A stretch of 64,000 nt of DNA from an uncultured Bacteroidales bacterium (GCA_905234455.1 CAJOIH010000012.1:5416-69415); one strand, 5' to 3'. Counted from the first letter of the stretch, positions 28,779 through 38,287 are shown. Translations and numbers: made by a program. The notes: generated by a model from the sequence alone, not told the origin.

Positions 28779-30545
28779 TTATTTTTCTATAAATGCAATA
28801 GTGTCACCTTTAGCGACGCGGTTGCCCTGTTCGGCGGTTGCCTCGACGATCTTGCCTGGCCAGAGGGTGTAGACCGGTTCCATGCCGTGTTCGCTGTTGA
28901 TGGCGCAGAGCAGGTCGCCTTCCTTGTAGACTTGTCCAGGTGCGGGAGCGATTGACTTGTCATCGAAGTCGACTTCCCACATCACGATGCCGCTGACGGG
29001 TGCGACGACGGGTTCGGCGTTGGGATGACGGAGGGCACGGAGGTCCGGGATCTTGGCTTCGCCGCCAGCCTTTTCGAACTTGGCCTTCATCTTGGCTTCC
29101 AGCTCTTGGTTGAAGCGGCGTTTGGCTTCGCCCGACTTGTACTCGCGGTATTGCTTCTCGTGCATGGCGAACTCGAAGAGCTCTTCGTCGTCCTGTCCAC
29201 GGTCCCAGCCTTCCTTTTCCATCATCTCGATGAAATGCGGCAAGGCGTCGGGATAGTTGTCCTGCGGGTTGCCTGTGAAGAACTCGAGGCCTTTCTTTTG
29301 GGCCAGTTCCACGATCTCGGGAGCGAGGGTGCCAGGCAACTTGCCTGCCTTGCCGAGAATCATGTCCCAAGCGGCGGGGTCGATGCTGGTCTCGTAGCGA
29401 GGCTCGCCCTTACTGAGCGCGAAGAGGTTCATCAAGGCGATGTTTTTGGTGTATTGGCTAAACGGGGTGACCAAGGGCGGGTTGCCGAGTTTTGGCCAGA
29501 TATCTTGTACCTCCTGGAAGAGTTCGACGAGCATTTCGTCTTCGCTCAAGGCAGGCAGGCCTTGTTTCTCGCGGTTCATGTTGATGGCGGCGTGTACCGG
29601 CTTGAGATCGGCCATGAGCGAGCCCATCATGCCGCCGGGGAGACCGCAGCCCACCAGCAACGAGTTGATGTAGCGGTTGCGCGGGTCGATCCAATAGCCG
29701 AGGAAGTCGTCGATGAAGCTCTGCGTCATACTACGGGCGGCCATATAGGTCTTCATGTCGATGTCCTTGACGAGGAAACCGGCATCCTTAAGCATGGCCT
29801 GCACACTGATCACGTCGGGATGGACGGTGCCCCATGAGAGCGGCTCCATGGCTACGTCGACGTAGTCGCAACCAGCCTTGCACACTTCGAGCATCGAAGC
29901 CATCGACAAACCCGGTGTGGTGTGGCCGTGATACTGGACTTTAATTTCAGGATGTTGTTTCTTGATATGTTCAACAATACGGCCCAAGCTTACGGGGCGA
30001 CCCACGCCGGCCATGTCTTTCAAGGCGATTTCCTTGGCACCGGCCTCGATGAGTTGGTCGGCGATATGCATATAATACTCGGCGGTATGCACCTGCGAGT
30101 AGGTGATGCTCATGGCGGCTTGCGAAACCATGCCTGCTTCGTTGGCCCATTGGATGGACGGTATGATGTTGCGCACGTCGTTGAGGCCGCAGAAGATACG
30201 GGTGATGTCGACGCCTTGGGCTTTCTTCACTTTATACATCAGTTGGCGCACATCGGCCGGGACGGGGTTCATGCGGAGGGCATTGAGGGCGCGGTCGAGC
30301 ATATGGCACTCGATGCCACCTTTATGCAGGGCTGCCGTGAAGGCTCTGACCGAAGGGTTGGGGTTCTCGCCATAGAGCAGGTTCACTTGCTCGGCGGCAC
30401 CGCCGTTGGTCTCCACACGGTCGAAGCAGCCCATGTCTATAATTAATGGAGCGATCTGTTCCAGTTGATCCTTGCGTGGCACATACTTTCCTGACGACTG
30501 CCACATGTCGCGATACACTAAACTGAATTTTACTTCTTTCTTCAT
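28779..30545 (-). CDS. Oxaloacetate decarboxylase alpha / pyruvate carboxylase subunit B-like carboxyltransferase with a biotinyl-like C-terminal domain
   Basis: HMGL-like TIM-barrel N-terminus (RDMWQS, ETNGGA, HGHTTPG). The C-terminal ~80 aa have a biotinyl/lipoyl hybrid-barrel pattern (VAPVSG...GDLL...GKIV...GDTIAFI). Confidence 0.8.
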   Translation of the reverse strand: MKKEVKFSLVYRDMWQSSGKYVPRKDQLEQIAPLIIDMGCFDRVETNGGAAEQVNLLYGENPNPSVRAFTAALHKGGIECHMLDRALNALRMNPVPADVRQLMYKVKKAQGVDITRIFCGLNDVRNIIPSIQWANEAGMVSQAAMSITYSQVHTAEYYMHIADQLIEAGAKEIALKDMAGVGRPVSLGRIVEHIKKQHPEIKVQYHGHTTPGLSMASMLEVCKAGCDYVDVAMEPLSWGTVHPDVISVQAMLKDAGFLVKDIDMKTYMAARSMTQSFIDDFLGYWIDPRNRYINSLLVGCGLPGGMMGSLMADLKPVHAAINMNREKQGLPALSEDEMLVELFQEVQDIWPKLGNPPLVTPFSQYTKNIALMNLFALSKGEPRYETSIDPAAWDMILGKAGKLPGTLAPEIVELAQKKGLEFFTGNPQDNYPDALPHFIEMMEKEGWDRGQDDEELFEFAMHEKQYREYKSGEAKRRFNQELEAKMKAKFEKAGGEAKIPDLRALRHPNAEPVVAPVSGIVMWEVDFDDKSIAPAPGQVYKEGDLLCAINSEHGMEPVYTLWPGKIVEATAEQGNRVAKGDTIAFIEK

Positions 30546-30550
30546 GATTC

Positions 30551-31543
30551 TTAACGTTTTTCAGCGTGTTTTCTGGCTCTGTGGCGGTCTTTGGCCCAGA
30601 GTCCGTATACTTCACTTACATTACCAGCGGTGGTAAATGCATTGATTTCGTTTTTGCCAAGGTATTCCATCAACTTCGAGAACTCATCGTTGGTGAGCAG
30701 GGCTTCGAGTTCGATGGACTTCTCGTTGGTATAGCCGCCGATGACCTCATAAAGGGTGCAGCCACGTTGGAGGTCGTCGACGATATAGCGGCGGATGCGG
30801 TCATAGTCCTTTGAGACGATGCACACACGTTTCCGTTGGTTGAGGTTGGCGGTGAACATGTTCACCACCAGGCCGTTGATCCAAGTGGCGATGAGGCCGA
30901 TGATGACCATCTGGAAGGGGTTGATGGCGAAGGCTGTGAGGCAGATGATAGCTCCTGCCACGCTCACCGACTTACCCATGTCGAAGTGCAGGTATTTGTT
31001 GACGATCTTGGCCAGGATGTCGAGTCCTCCGGTGGAGGCGTTGATGGAGAACATGAGCGTTTGGGCGGCGCTGAGGATGACCACGCAGCAGAGGAGGTCG
31101 AACCAGGGGTTGCCCATCACCGAGAAGGCCGAGCTGGGGTCGACGCCCATATTGACCAGGTAGCTGTTGGGGGTGGCGAGGTTTTCCCAGGGATAGAGCC
31201 ACTCGCAGAACTTGGTCATGGGACCAAGGATCAGTGCGCAATACACTGTTTTGAGGCCGAATTCCTTGCCGATGAGCAAGTAGGCCAGGACCAGCAGGAT
31301 GGCGTTGATGATGGTGATCATCATCGGAAGGCCGATGTTGATACCCATGCTGTTAAAAATATTGGTCAGCACGATGGAGAGACCCGAAATGGAGCCCACG
31401 ATCAGTTTGCTGGGGACGAGAAAATAATAGACGCAAACGCCAGTCATAAACATGCCGAAGGTCATGATCAGCAGCTCCACCCAGAATTTTTTGCTAGCCA
31501 GAGCTTGGCCTATTTCATTGAAAATATCATTTACTTTGCTCAT
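30551..31543 (-). CDS. YitT family membrane protein (DUF2179 C-terminal domain)
   Basis: Multi-TM N-terminal part plus a C-terminal soluble domain (RVCIVSKDYDRIRRYIVDDLQRGCTLYEVIGGYT). Confidence 0.75.
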   Translation of the reverse strand: MSKVNDIFNEIGQALASKKFWVELLIMTFGMFMTGVCVYYFLVPSKLIVGSISGLSIVLTNIFNSMGINIGLPMMITIINAILLVLAYLLIGKEFGLKTVYCALILGPMTKFCEWLYPWENLATPNSYLVNMGVDPSSAFSVMGNPWFDLLCCVVILSAAQTLMFSINASTGGLDILAKIVNKYLHFDMGKSVSVAGAIICLTAFAINPFQMVIIGLIATWINGLVVNMFTANLNQRKRVCIVSKDYDRIRRYIVDDLQRGCTLYEVIGGYTNEKSIELEALLTNDEFSKLMEYLGKNEINAFTTAGNVSEVYGLWAKDRHRARKHAEKR

Positions 31544-31595
31544 AAATGATTGAATTAAAATATTTTAAAAAAAAATTATGCTCGTTTTCTCGCTG

Positions 31596-31603
31596 CAAAT
31601 GTA
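31596..31603 (-). promoter_or_regulatory. Bacteroidota -7 promoter box (TAcaTTTG on minus strand) for the yitT-like operon
   Basis: The reverse complement of caaatgta matches TAnnTTTG, about 53 nt upstream of the ATG at 31543. Confidence 0.35.
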
Positions 31604-31687
31604 GGAATCTTTTTTTAAATAATAAAACAAACGTAGAAATAGTTATAAACAAAAAAGGCTCACCGAAGACAAAATAGAATTTTTTAC

Positions 31688-31695
31688 TACTTTTG
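31688..31695 (+). promoter_or_regulatory. Bacteroidota -7 promoter box (TActTTTG)
   Basis: TAnnTTTG match 11 nt upstream of the ATG at 31706. Confidence 0.45.
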
Positions 31696-31705
31696 CAAAA
31701 AAAAG

Positions 31706-33529
31706 ATGACTCTCCTTGACTGGCTACCGATCACCAAGAAAGAAACCGACCTGCGCGGGTGGGACGAGGTGGACATTGTGTTCGTCACAGGTGACGCCTA
31801 TGTAGACCATCCGGCTTTCGGGGCAGCGGTGATTGGGAGGATGCTGGAACACGCAGGGTTCAGGGTGGCCTTGATCCCCCAACCCAACTGGAGGGACGAC
31901 CTACGGGACTTCAAGAAATACGGCAAACCCAGGGTTTATTTCGGGGTGTCGGCCGGATGCATGGACTCGATGGTGAACCATTACACCGCCAACAAGAGGC
32001 TCCGCAGCAACGATGCCTATACTCCCGGTGGCGAGGCAGGATTCCGTCCCGACAGGGCCAGTGTCGTCTACAGCAATATCCTGAAAAAGCTGTATCCGGA
32101 TGTGCCCGTGGTGATTGGCGGCATCGAGGCCTCTTTAAGGCGAGTAACCCATTACGACTATTGGGACGATTGTCTGAAACCTTCCATTTTGGTAGACTCA
32201 CACGCCGACATCGGGGTATATGGCATGGGCGAATACACCATGGTGGAAATCGCCAAGGCCATCCAGCAAGGGCGCAAAGTGAGCGAACTGACTGATATCC
32301 AACAGACTTTCTTCCTTCAAGATGCCAAAGAGCCACTACCCTCTTTTGAGGGCGAAACCATCGAATTGGTATCGCACGAGGTCTGCCTGAAAGACAAGCG
32401 CCGCTACGCCTCCAACTTCAAGCATATCGAAGAGGAGTCGAACAAGAAACACGCCGCGCGACTGGTGCAAGAAGTAGGTCAGCAGCGAGTGGTCATCAAC
32501 CCTCCCCTACCCACCTTCACCACAGAACAAATCGACGCTTCGTTTGACTTACCCTATACCCGGCTCCCCCATCCCAAATACGCCAAGCGCGGCGCCATTC
32601 CCGCCTATGAGATGATCAAGCACAGCATTAATTTGCACCGTGGTTGCTTCGGCGGCTGCGCCTTCTGCACCATCTCGGCCCATCAGGGCAAGTTTGTGGC
32701 TTCACGGAGCAAGGAATCCATCATGCGCGAGGTGGAACAAGTGACCCAGATGGAAGATTTCAAGGGGTACATCAGCGACTTGGGCGGACCCTCAGCCAAC
32801 ATGTACCGAATGCGAGGCAAGGACGAAAGCCTCTGCGAGAAATGTGCCCGTCCCACCTGCCTCCAACCCTCTGTCTGCAAGAACCTCAATACCGACCATC
32901 ATCCATTAATTGAGATCTATCAGGAAGTCGACAGGCATCCGAAAGTGAAGAAAGCCACTGTGGGCTCGGGCATCCGCTACGATCTGTTCCTCCACGACTG
33001 CAGCCCCGAGGAAAACAAGGACATGGGCTACGACGAGTATTTCCGCCAATTGGTGACGAGGCATGTCAGCGGCCGCTTGAAAGTGGCCCCAGAACACACC
33101 AGCGACGCCGTATTGAAGTTGATGCGAAAGCCCAAGTTCGACATGTTCGTCAAACTGAAAAAGAAGTTCGACTACTTGAACGAAAAAGAACATCTCAACC
33201 AGCAGCTCATCCCCTATTTCATCTCGTCGCACCCTGACTGCTATCTGGAAGACATGGCTGAATTGGCAGTGAAAACCAAGGACTTAGGCTATCATCTGGA
33301 ACAGGTTCAGGATTTCACCCCCACCCCGATGACCTTAGCAACCGAGATTTACTATTCGGGTTACAACCCTTATACTTTGGAACCCGTGTTTTGTGCCAAA
33401 AGCAAGGAGGACAAGCTGGCACAACAACGGTTTTTCTTCTGGTACAAGCCCGAGAACCGCGAATGGGCGAAATCGATGTTGAAAAAGATTGGTCATCCCG
33501 AATGGATAAAAAGACTGTTTGGTAAATAA
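31706..33529 (+). CDS. ygiQ: YgiQ family radical SAM protein (UPF0313)
   Basis: N-terminal LPITKKE...VTGDAYVDHP and radical-SAM cluster motif CFGGCAFC. Length is 607 aa. Confidence 0.85.
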   Translation: MTLLDWLPITKKETDLRGWDEVDIVFVTGDAYVDHPAFGAAVIGRMLEHAGFRVALIPQPNWRDDLRDFKKYGKPRVYFGVSAGCMDSMVNHYTANKRLRSNDAYTPGGEAGFRPDRASVVYSNILKKLYPDVPVVIGGIEASLRRVTHYDYWDDCLKPSILVDSHADIGVYGMGEYTMVEIAKAIQQGRKVSELTDIQQTFFLQDAKEPLPSFEGETIELVSHEVCLKDKRRYASNFKHIEEESNKKHAARLVQEVGQQRVVINPPLPTFTTEQIDASFDLPYTRLPHPKYAKRGAIPAYEMIKHSINLHRGCFGGCAFCTISAHQGKFVASRSKESIMREVEQVTQMEDFKGYISDLGGPSANMYRMRGKDESLCEKCARPTCLQPSVCKNLNTDHHPLIEIYQEVDRHPKVKKATVGSGIRYDLFLHDCSPEENKDMGYDEYFRQLVTRHVSGRLKVAPEHTSDAVLKLMRKPKFDMFVKLKKKFDYLNEKEHLNQQLIPYFISSHPDCYLEDMAELAVKTKDLGYHLEQVQDFTPTPMTLATEIYYSGYNPYTLEPVFCAKSKEDKLAQQRFFFWYKPENREWAKSMLKKIGHPEWIKRLFGK

Positions 33530-33537
33530 AAAAGCCT

Positions 33538-33545
33538 TACCTTTG
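33538..33545 (+). promoter_or_regulatory. Bacteroidota -7 promoter box (TAccTTTG)
   Basis: TAnnTTTG match 30 nt upstream of the ATG at 33575. Confidence 0.45.
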
Positions 33546-33574
33546 CCGCAAATTTCTAAAAGAACAATCCTAAC

Positions 33575-34270
33575 ATGAAAAAACAAATTATCGGAGCCGT
33601 AGTGCTCATCGCAGCCTTGATGATGACAGGTTGCGGAAACAAATCAGCTCAAAAAAACGTTAAAAGCCAAGAAGAAAAAAAAGAAGTGAAAGACAACCGC
33701 ATGCTCATCATCGTCGATCCGCAGATTGACTTCACTACGGGCAGCCTGGCCACCGCCAAGGGCCCCGAGGCCATGGACTGTCTTGCCCAGGCCATCGACA
33801 ATGGCGTGCTGAACAAATACGCCTGGGTCATCATCACCCAGGACGCCCACCCCACCAACCACTGCTCGTTTGTGGAGAACGGCGGCGTATTTCCGCCCCA
33901 CTGCGTGCAAGGCACCGAAGGCATGAATGTGTATCCTCCCTTGCAGAAGGCTTTGGATAACAGCCGCTCCGGCAACTATCATTACTTCACCAAAGGGGAT
34001 CTGGCTGACAAGGAGGAGTTCAGCGTCTTCCAGAACGCCCAAAGCGGCGAAAAGCTGAGCACGCTCATTACCGATGAGAAAGTAGAGGGCATCGACATCT
34101 GCGGCATTGCCACCGACTACTGCGTGTATGAGACTGCCAAAGACCTGATGGCCTTCTATCCCGCCAAGCAGATCCGCATCATCACCAACTGCATCGCCGC
34201 TGTCGACGACAACGACACCAAGCTCGAGGAGTTGATGAAGGAAAACGGCATTGAGGGAATCACTTTTTAA
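33575..34270 (+). CDS. pncA: Nicotinamidase/isochorismatase-family hydrolase with lipoprotein signal peptide
   Basis: Lipobox LMMTGC. IIVDPQIDF (Asp), QDAHPTNHCSF (metal-binding signature of nicotinamidases) and GIATDYCV (Cys). Confidence 0.75.
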   Translation: MKKQIIGAVVLIAALMMTGCGNKSAQKNVKSQEEKKEVKDNRMLIIVDPQIDFTTGSLATAKGPEAMDCLAQAIDNGVLNKYAWVIITQDAHPTNHCSFVENGGVFPPHCVQGTEGMNVYPPLQKALDNSRSGNYHYFTKGDLADKEEFSVFQNAQSGEKLSTLITDEKVEGIDICGIATDYCVYETAKDLMAFYPAKQIRIITNCIAAVDDNDTKLEELMKENGIEGITF

Positions 34271-34299
34271 GTGGAAAGTGGTAAACGGAGATCTGAGAG

Positions 34300-35319
34300 A
34301 TGAGCCGGTTTAGGGACTTTTGTGAGCGCAAAAAGGTTGATTTAACCTGGAGGGCGTATTTTGTAGACGCCCTTGGTGCCATGGCTTTGGGCTTGTTTGC
34401 CTCGTTGCTGATCGGCACCATTTTCCAGACTTTGGGCGACAAGACCGGCCTTGAGGCGTTTGTCACCATTGCGAAATACGCCAAAGCCGCTACGGGTGCC
34501 GCCATTGCGGTGGCCATTGCCTACAAGCTCCGCTGCGAGGGCTTGGTGCTGTTCAGTGCCATCGCCGTGGGCATCGCCGGCAACGAACTCGGCGGTCCCA
34601 TGGGCGCCTACGTTGCTGTGTTGGTGGCCATTGAGTTGGGCAAGATGGTTTACAAAGAGACCCAGGTCGACATCCTCGTTACCCCTGCCGTGGTCATCAT
34701 CAGCGGCGTGTTGGTGGCTTTTGCCATCGGTCCCGCCATCGGCAGAGTGATGACTGCTTTGGGTGTGTTCATCGAGCACGCCACCGAGATGCAGCCCTTC
34801 CTGATGGGCATCATCGTGTCGGTGGTCATCGGCGCCGTGCTCACCCTTCCCATCAGCTCTGCCGCCATCTGCCTCGCCATCGGCTTGGGCGGCATCGCCG
34901 GAGGTGCTGCCACGGCAGGCTGCTGTGCCCAGATGATCGGCTTTGCCGTGCTGAGTTTCAGGGAGAACCGTTGGGGCGGACTGCTGGCCCAAGGCTTGGG
35001 CACCTCGATGCTGCAGATGGGCAACATCGTGAAGAACCCCCGTATCTGGATTCCTCCCACCTTGGCTGCCGCCATCACCGGTCCCATCGCCACCTGTGTG
35101 TTCCACCTGGAGAACATCCCCATCGGCTCCGGCATGGGTACCTGCGGACTGGTGGGTCCCATCGGCATTTACACTGCCATGCCCGACGGTGGATGGAACC
35201 TATGGATCGGCATGCTGCTGGTATGCTTTGTGCTACCTGCCGTACTCTCATGGATTTTCGGTCTCATTTTGAGGAAGATCGGCTGGATCAAGGAAGGCGA
35301 CCTTAAAATCGAATGTTAA
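34300..35319 (+). CDS. PTS EIIC_2-like (PF13303-type) multi-pass membrane protein
   Basis: About 10 hydrophobic helices. N-terminus FVDALGAMALGLFASLLIGTIFQTLG is typical of this family. No other PTS components lie nearby. Confidence 0.6.
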   Translation: MSRFRDFCERKKVDLTWRAYFVDALGAMALGLFASLLIGTIFQTLGDKTGLEAFVTIAKYAKAATGAAIAVAIAYKLRCEGLVLFSAIAVGIAGNELGGPMGAYVAVLVAIELGKMVYKETQVDILVTPAVVIISGVLVAFAIGPAIGRVMTALGVFIEHATEMQPFLMGIIVSVVIGAVLTLPISSAAICLAIGLGGIAGGAATAGCCAQMIGFAVLSFRENRWGGLLAQGLGTSMLQMGNIVKNPRIWIPPTLAAAITGPIATCVFHLENIPIGSGMGTCGLVGPIGIYTAMPDGGWNLWIGMLLVCFVLPAVLSWIFGLILRKIGWIKEGDLKIEC

Positions 35320-35801
35320 TGGCCAGACAGTCCGACAAACCGGTCACTCCTGAGCAAGTTCTTGACAAAACGGCTAAATACTGCGCCTATCAAGAGCGCT
35401 GTGTGAAGGACGTGAGCGAGAAGCTGAAGACTTTCGAAATCTCAGAGAAAGATCGGAAAGAAATACTCAACTATTTGATTGACAACCGTTTCGTCAACGA
35501 CAAACGTTTTGCTTATGCGTTTGTGCGAGGAAAAATCAACCAAAGCGGCTGGGGCTTGAACAAGATCCGTTTCCACTTGATGCAGAAGGACATTGACAAG
35601 ACAATCATCGACGAGGCCCTGCAAGCCTTTGACGAGGAGGTGTATCGCCAGCGGCTCGTCGAGATCCTCCAAACCAAAGCCAAGAGCGTGAAGGCTGCTA
35701 ACGATTTCGAGAAGAACCGCAAGCTGGCGGCTTTCGCCATGCAAAAAGGCTTTGAGGCCGGGTTGGTCTGGGAAGTTTTGAAAGAAGGATTTGGAGATTA
35801 G
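35313..35801 (+). CDS. recX: Regulatory protein RecX
   Basis: AKYCAYQERCVKDVSEKL and the repeated three-helix RecX pattern (NDKRFAYAFVRGK...GWGLNKIRFHLMQKDI). Confidence 0.8.
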   Translation: MLMARQSDKPVTPEQVLDKTAKYCAYQERCVKDVSEKLKTFEISEKDRKEILNYLIDNRFVNDKRFAYAFVRGKINQSGWGLNKIRFHLMQKDIDKTIIDEALQAFDEEVYRQRLVEILQTKAKSVKAANDFEKNRKLAAFAMQKGFEAGLVWEVLKEGFGD

Positions 35802-35812
35802 CGGTGTTTTTG

Positions 35813-35820
35813 TATCTTTG
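35813..35820 (+). promoter_or_regulatory. Bacteroidota -7 promoter box (TAtcTTTG)
   Basis: TAnnTTTG match 17 nt upstream of the ATG at 35837. This argues against the longer ORF start at 35804. Confidence 0.45.
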
Positions 35821-35836
35821 CACCCCGATTTTGAGT

Positions 35837-36715
35837 ATGAAACTGCGCAAGAACCTAGTCACACAAGTCCCCGAGTGCCTGACCGAGCCTTTCAGCCAAG
35901 CCAGGAATGTCATTGTATCCACCTTGTTTGCCTTGGTTTTTCTTACCGCCTACACTCCTTTTTCCGACACTTCGTGGTTCCAGCTGGGCACCAACAGCCG
36001 TTTCGTCGGCACGGTGGCTTTTGTGGGCATCGGCACTTTCTTCCTGGCCTGCAGCCGTGTTCTGATGACCTACAGCGTCAGGAGGAGGAGGCATTTCGCC
36101 ATGTGGGCCTATCTTCTATGGCTTTTCCTTGAGATTGTGGTCATCGCTGCCTTCCACACCTACCTCTCCTATTTCCTGGTCAAAGCCACCACTTATTCCC
36201 TCGCCTACATCTTCGGCAAAAGCCTGCTCATCACATTTATCGCCTTGGCAGTGCCCTATACCATCATCGACTTGATCATCATCCTTCAGGACACCCGCCG
36301 CAAGTTGACGCTCACCAAGAGCGATACGGTGGAGTCCGATGACGAGGTGTTGCCTGCCCACACCGAGATCATCAATTTGATGGACAACAACGGCAACTTG
36401 AAGCTTTCGGTTAAGCTCGACAACTTGTATTACATCAAGGCCGAGGACAACTATATCAATGTATACTACCAGCGCAACGGCTCCATTGCCAGTTACATGC
36501 TGCGCTGCAAGATGAAGACCATCGAGGACAACTGCGTGGATTCCAGTTCCTTGATGCGCTGTCATCGTTCTTATATTGTTAATATAAAGAAAGTCAGTGT
36601 GTTACATAACGAAGCTGACGGTTTCATCATTGACTTTGAGAAAGTAGGCTTGGATTCCATTCCAGTATCCAAAACCTATTCGCAGAAGGTTTTGGAAGCG
36701 TTCAACAAAAAATAA
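35837..36715 (+). CDS. Membrane-anchored LytTR-family DNA-binding protein
   Basis: Four or five N-terminal TM helices followed by a LytTR domain (YIKAEDNYINVYY...MRCHRSYIVNIKKV). Confidence 0.8.
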   Translation: MKLRKNLVTQVPECLTEPFSQARNVIVSTLFALVFLTAYTPFSDTSWFQLGTNSRFVGTVAFVGIGTFFLACSRVLMTYSVRRRRHFAMWAYLLWLFLEIVVIAAFHTYLSYFLVKATTYSLAYIFGKSLLITFIALAVPYTIIDLIIILQDTRRKLTLTKSDTVESDDEVLPAHTEIINLMDNNGNLKLSVKLDNLYYIKAEDNYINVYYQRNGSIASYMLRCKMKTIEDNCVDSSSLMRCHRSYIVNIKKVSVLHNEADGFIIDFEKVGLDSIPVSKTYSQKVLEAFNKK

Positions 36716-36718
36716 AAA

Positions 36719-36742
36719 ATGTCCCGGTTTTCATCGGGACAT
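36719..36742. terminator. Hairpin between convergent LytTR and fabG genes (possible bidirectional terminator)
   Basis: 8-bp stem atgtcccg / cgggacat with an 8-nt loop, an A run upstream and a T-rich stretch downstream. Confidence 0.5.
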
Positions 36743-36772
36743 TTGTTCTGCTCGTTAAAAATTACAAAAGTC

Positions 36773-37519
36773 TTAGCAATTCATGCCGCCGCAGCAGTGG
36801 ATCACCTGGCCGGTGACGTATGAGCTGAGGTCGGAGGCGAGGAAGAGGGCCACGTTGGCCACGTCTTCGGGGGTGCCACCGCGACGCAGCGGGATGAGGT
36901 TTTCCCAAGCCTTGCGAACATCTTCCGGCAGGGCGTTGGTCATGGCAGTGATGATGAAGCCAGGGGCGATGGCGTTGTGACGGATGTTACGGACACCCAT
37001 TTCCTTGGCAGCACTCTTGGTGAAGCCGATGATACCCGCTTTGGAGGCGGAGTAGTTGCACTGGTTGGCGTTGCCGGAGACGCCCACCACCGAGCTCATG
37101 TTGATGACGCTGCCACCGCCTTGTTTCCACATGACGGGTTGCACGGCTTTGGTGAAGTTGAACACCGACTTGAGGTTGACATTGATGACGGCGTCCCACA
37201 TCTCCTCGGTCATGCGCTTGAGGGCGGTATCTTTGGTGATGCCGGCGTTGTTGACCAGGATGTCGATGCGGCCGAAGTCGTTGACGATGGCGTCGACCAC
37301 CTGATGGGTCTCCTCGAAGTTAGCGGCGTTGGAGGCATAGGCTTTGGCTTTGATGCCCATGGCTTGGAGTTCCTTTTCGGTCTCCAGCACAACGTCGTTC
37401 AAGGCGATATCGGTGAAGGCGATGTTGCAGCCTTCGCTGGCGAAGCGCATAGCGATGGCCTTGCCGATGCCGCGGCCGGCACCGGTGATCAGGGCCACCT
37501 TGTTTTCAAGTAATTTCAT
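36773..37519 (-). CDS. fabG: 3-oxoacyl-[ACP] reductase
   Basis: TGAGRGIGKAIA cofactor motif, NNAG and YSASKAG catalytic motif. Length is 248 aa. Confidence 0.9.
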   Translation of the reverse strand: MKLLENKVALITGAGRGIGKAIAMRFASEGCNIAFTDIALNDVVLETEKELQAMGIKAKAYASNAANFEETHQVVDAIVNDFGRIDILVNNAGITKDTALKRMTEEMWDAVINVNLKSVFNFTKAVQPVMWKQGGGSVINMSSVVGVSGNANQCNYSASKAGIIGFTKSAAKEMGVRNIRHNAIAPGFIITAMTNALPEDVRKAWENLIPLRRGGTPEDVANVALFLASDLSSYVTGQVIHCCGGMNC

Positions 37520-37578
37520 GATTTAAAGATTTAAGATTTGAAGGAACAAAGATAAGAATTATTCTGTCTCCTGTCATC

Positions 37579-37818
37579 TTATTTCGAAATGTGTTCTTCG
37601 ATCAGCTTGTAGAGGTCTTCCACGGTTTGGATCTTCTCGGTGTCGCTGTCTTCGAACTTCAGGTTGAACTCGCGTTCGAGGTCCATGGAGAGTTCGACGA
37701 CGTCGAGTGAGTCGGCGCCCAGGTCGTTGGAGAGGTTCTTGTCGGGGGTGATTTCGCTTTCATCGAGACCGAGTTTGGAGGCGATGATGCTTCTGATTTT
37801 GTCTTGTACTGTTGCCAT
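37579..37818 (-). CDS. acpP: Acyl carrier protein
   Basis: 79 aa with the phosphopantetheine site DLGADSLDVVEL. Confidence 0.9.
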   Translation of the reverse strand: MATVQDKIRSIIASKLGLDESEITPDKNLSNDLGADSLDVVELSMDLEREFNLKFEDSDTEKIQTVEDLYKLIEEHISK

Positions 37819-37848
37819 TGTATTAGTTGTTAGTTGTTCTGTTAGCAG

Positions 37849-38277
37849 TTATTTGTTACGGGTGTCGGGAAGGAGGGCGAAGGAGAGTTCGCCGCGGACG
37901 CAGAGTTTGCCGCCGACGGTGAGTTTGGCGGAGCAGATGTAGATGTTGGCGCGATGGACGTCGAGGGTGGCTTCCACTTCGACGGTGTCGCCGGGACGGA
38001 CGCTGTTCTTGAAGCGCACTTTGTCGATGCCTGTGTAGAAGGTCAGCTTGCCGATGAGGTCGTCCTTCATGAGGAGGGCGCAGCTCTGGGCCATGATCTC
38101 GCATAGGATGACGCCTGGAACGACGGGTTCACCGGGGAAATGGCCTTTCAGGAAAAACTCCTCGCCGGTGACATGGTACTTTGAGTGGGCGACATGGTTC
38201 TCGTCGAGGGTCATCTCGTCGACCAGGAGCATAGGCTCGCGGTGCGGGAGGTACTGTTTGATTTCTTCTCTATTCAT
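37849..38277 (-). CDS. fabZ: 3-hydroxyacyl-[ACP] dehydratase
   Basis: LPHREPMLLVDE...GHFPGEPVVPGVILCE hot-dog dehydratase signature. Confidence 0.88.
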   Translation of the reverse strand: MNREEIKQYLPHREPMLLVDEMTLDENHVAHSKYHVTGEEFFLKGHFPGEPVVPGVILCEIMAQSCALLMKDDLIGKLTFYTGIDKVRFKNSVRPGDTVEVEATLDVHRANIYICSAKLTVGGKLCVRGELSFALLPDTRNK

Positions 38278-38287
38278 ATTCTAATGA

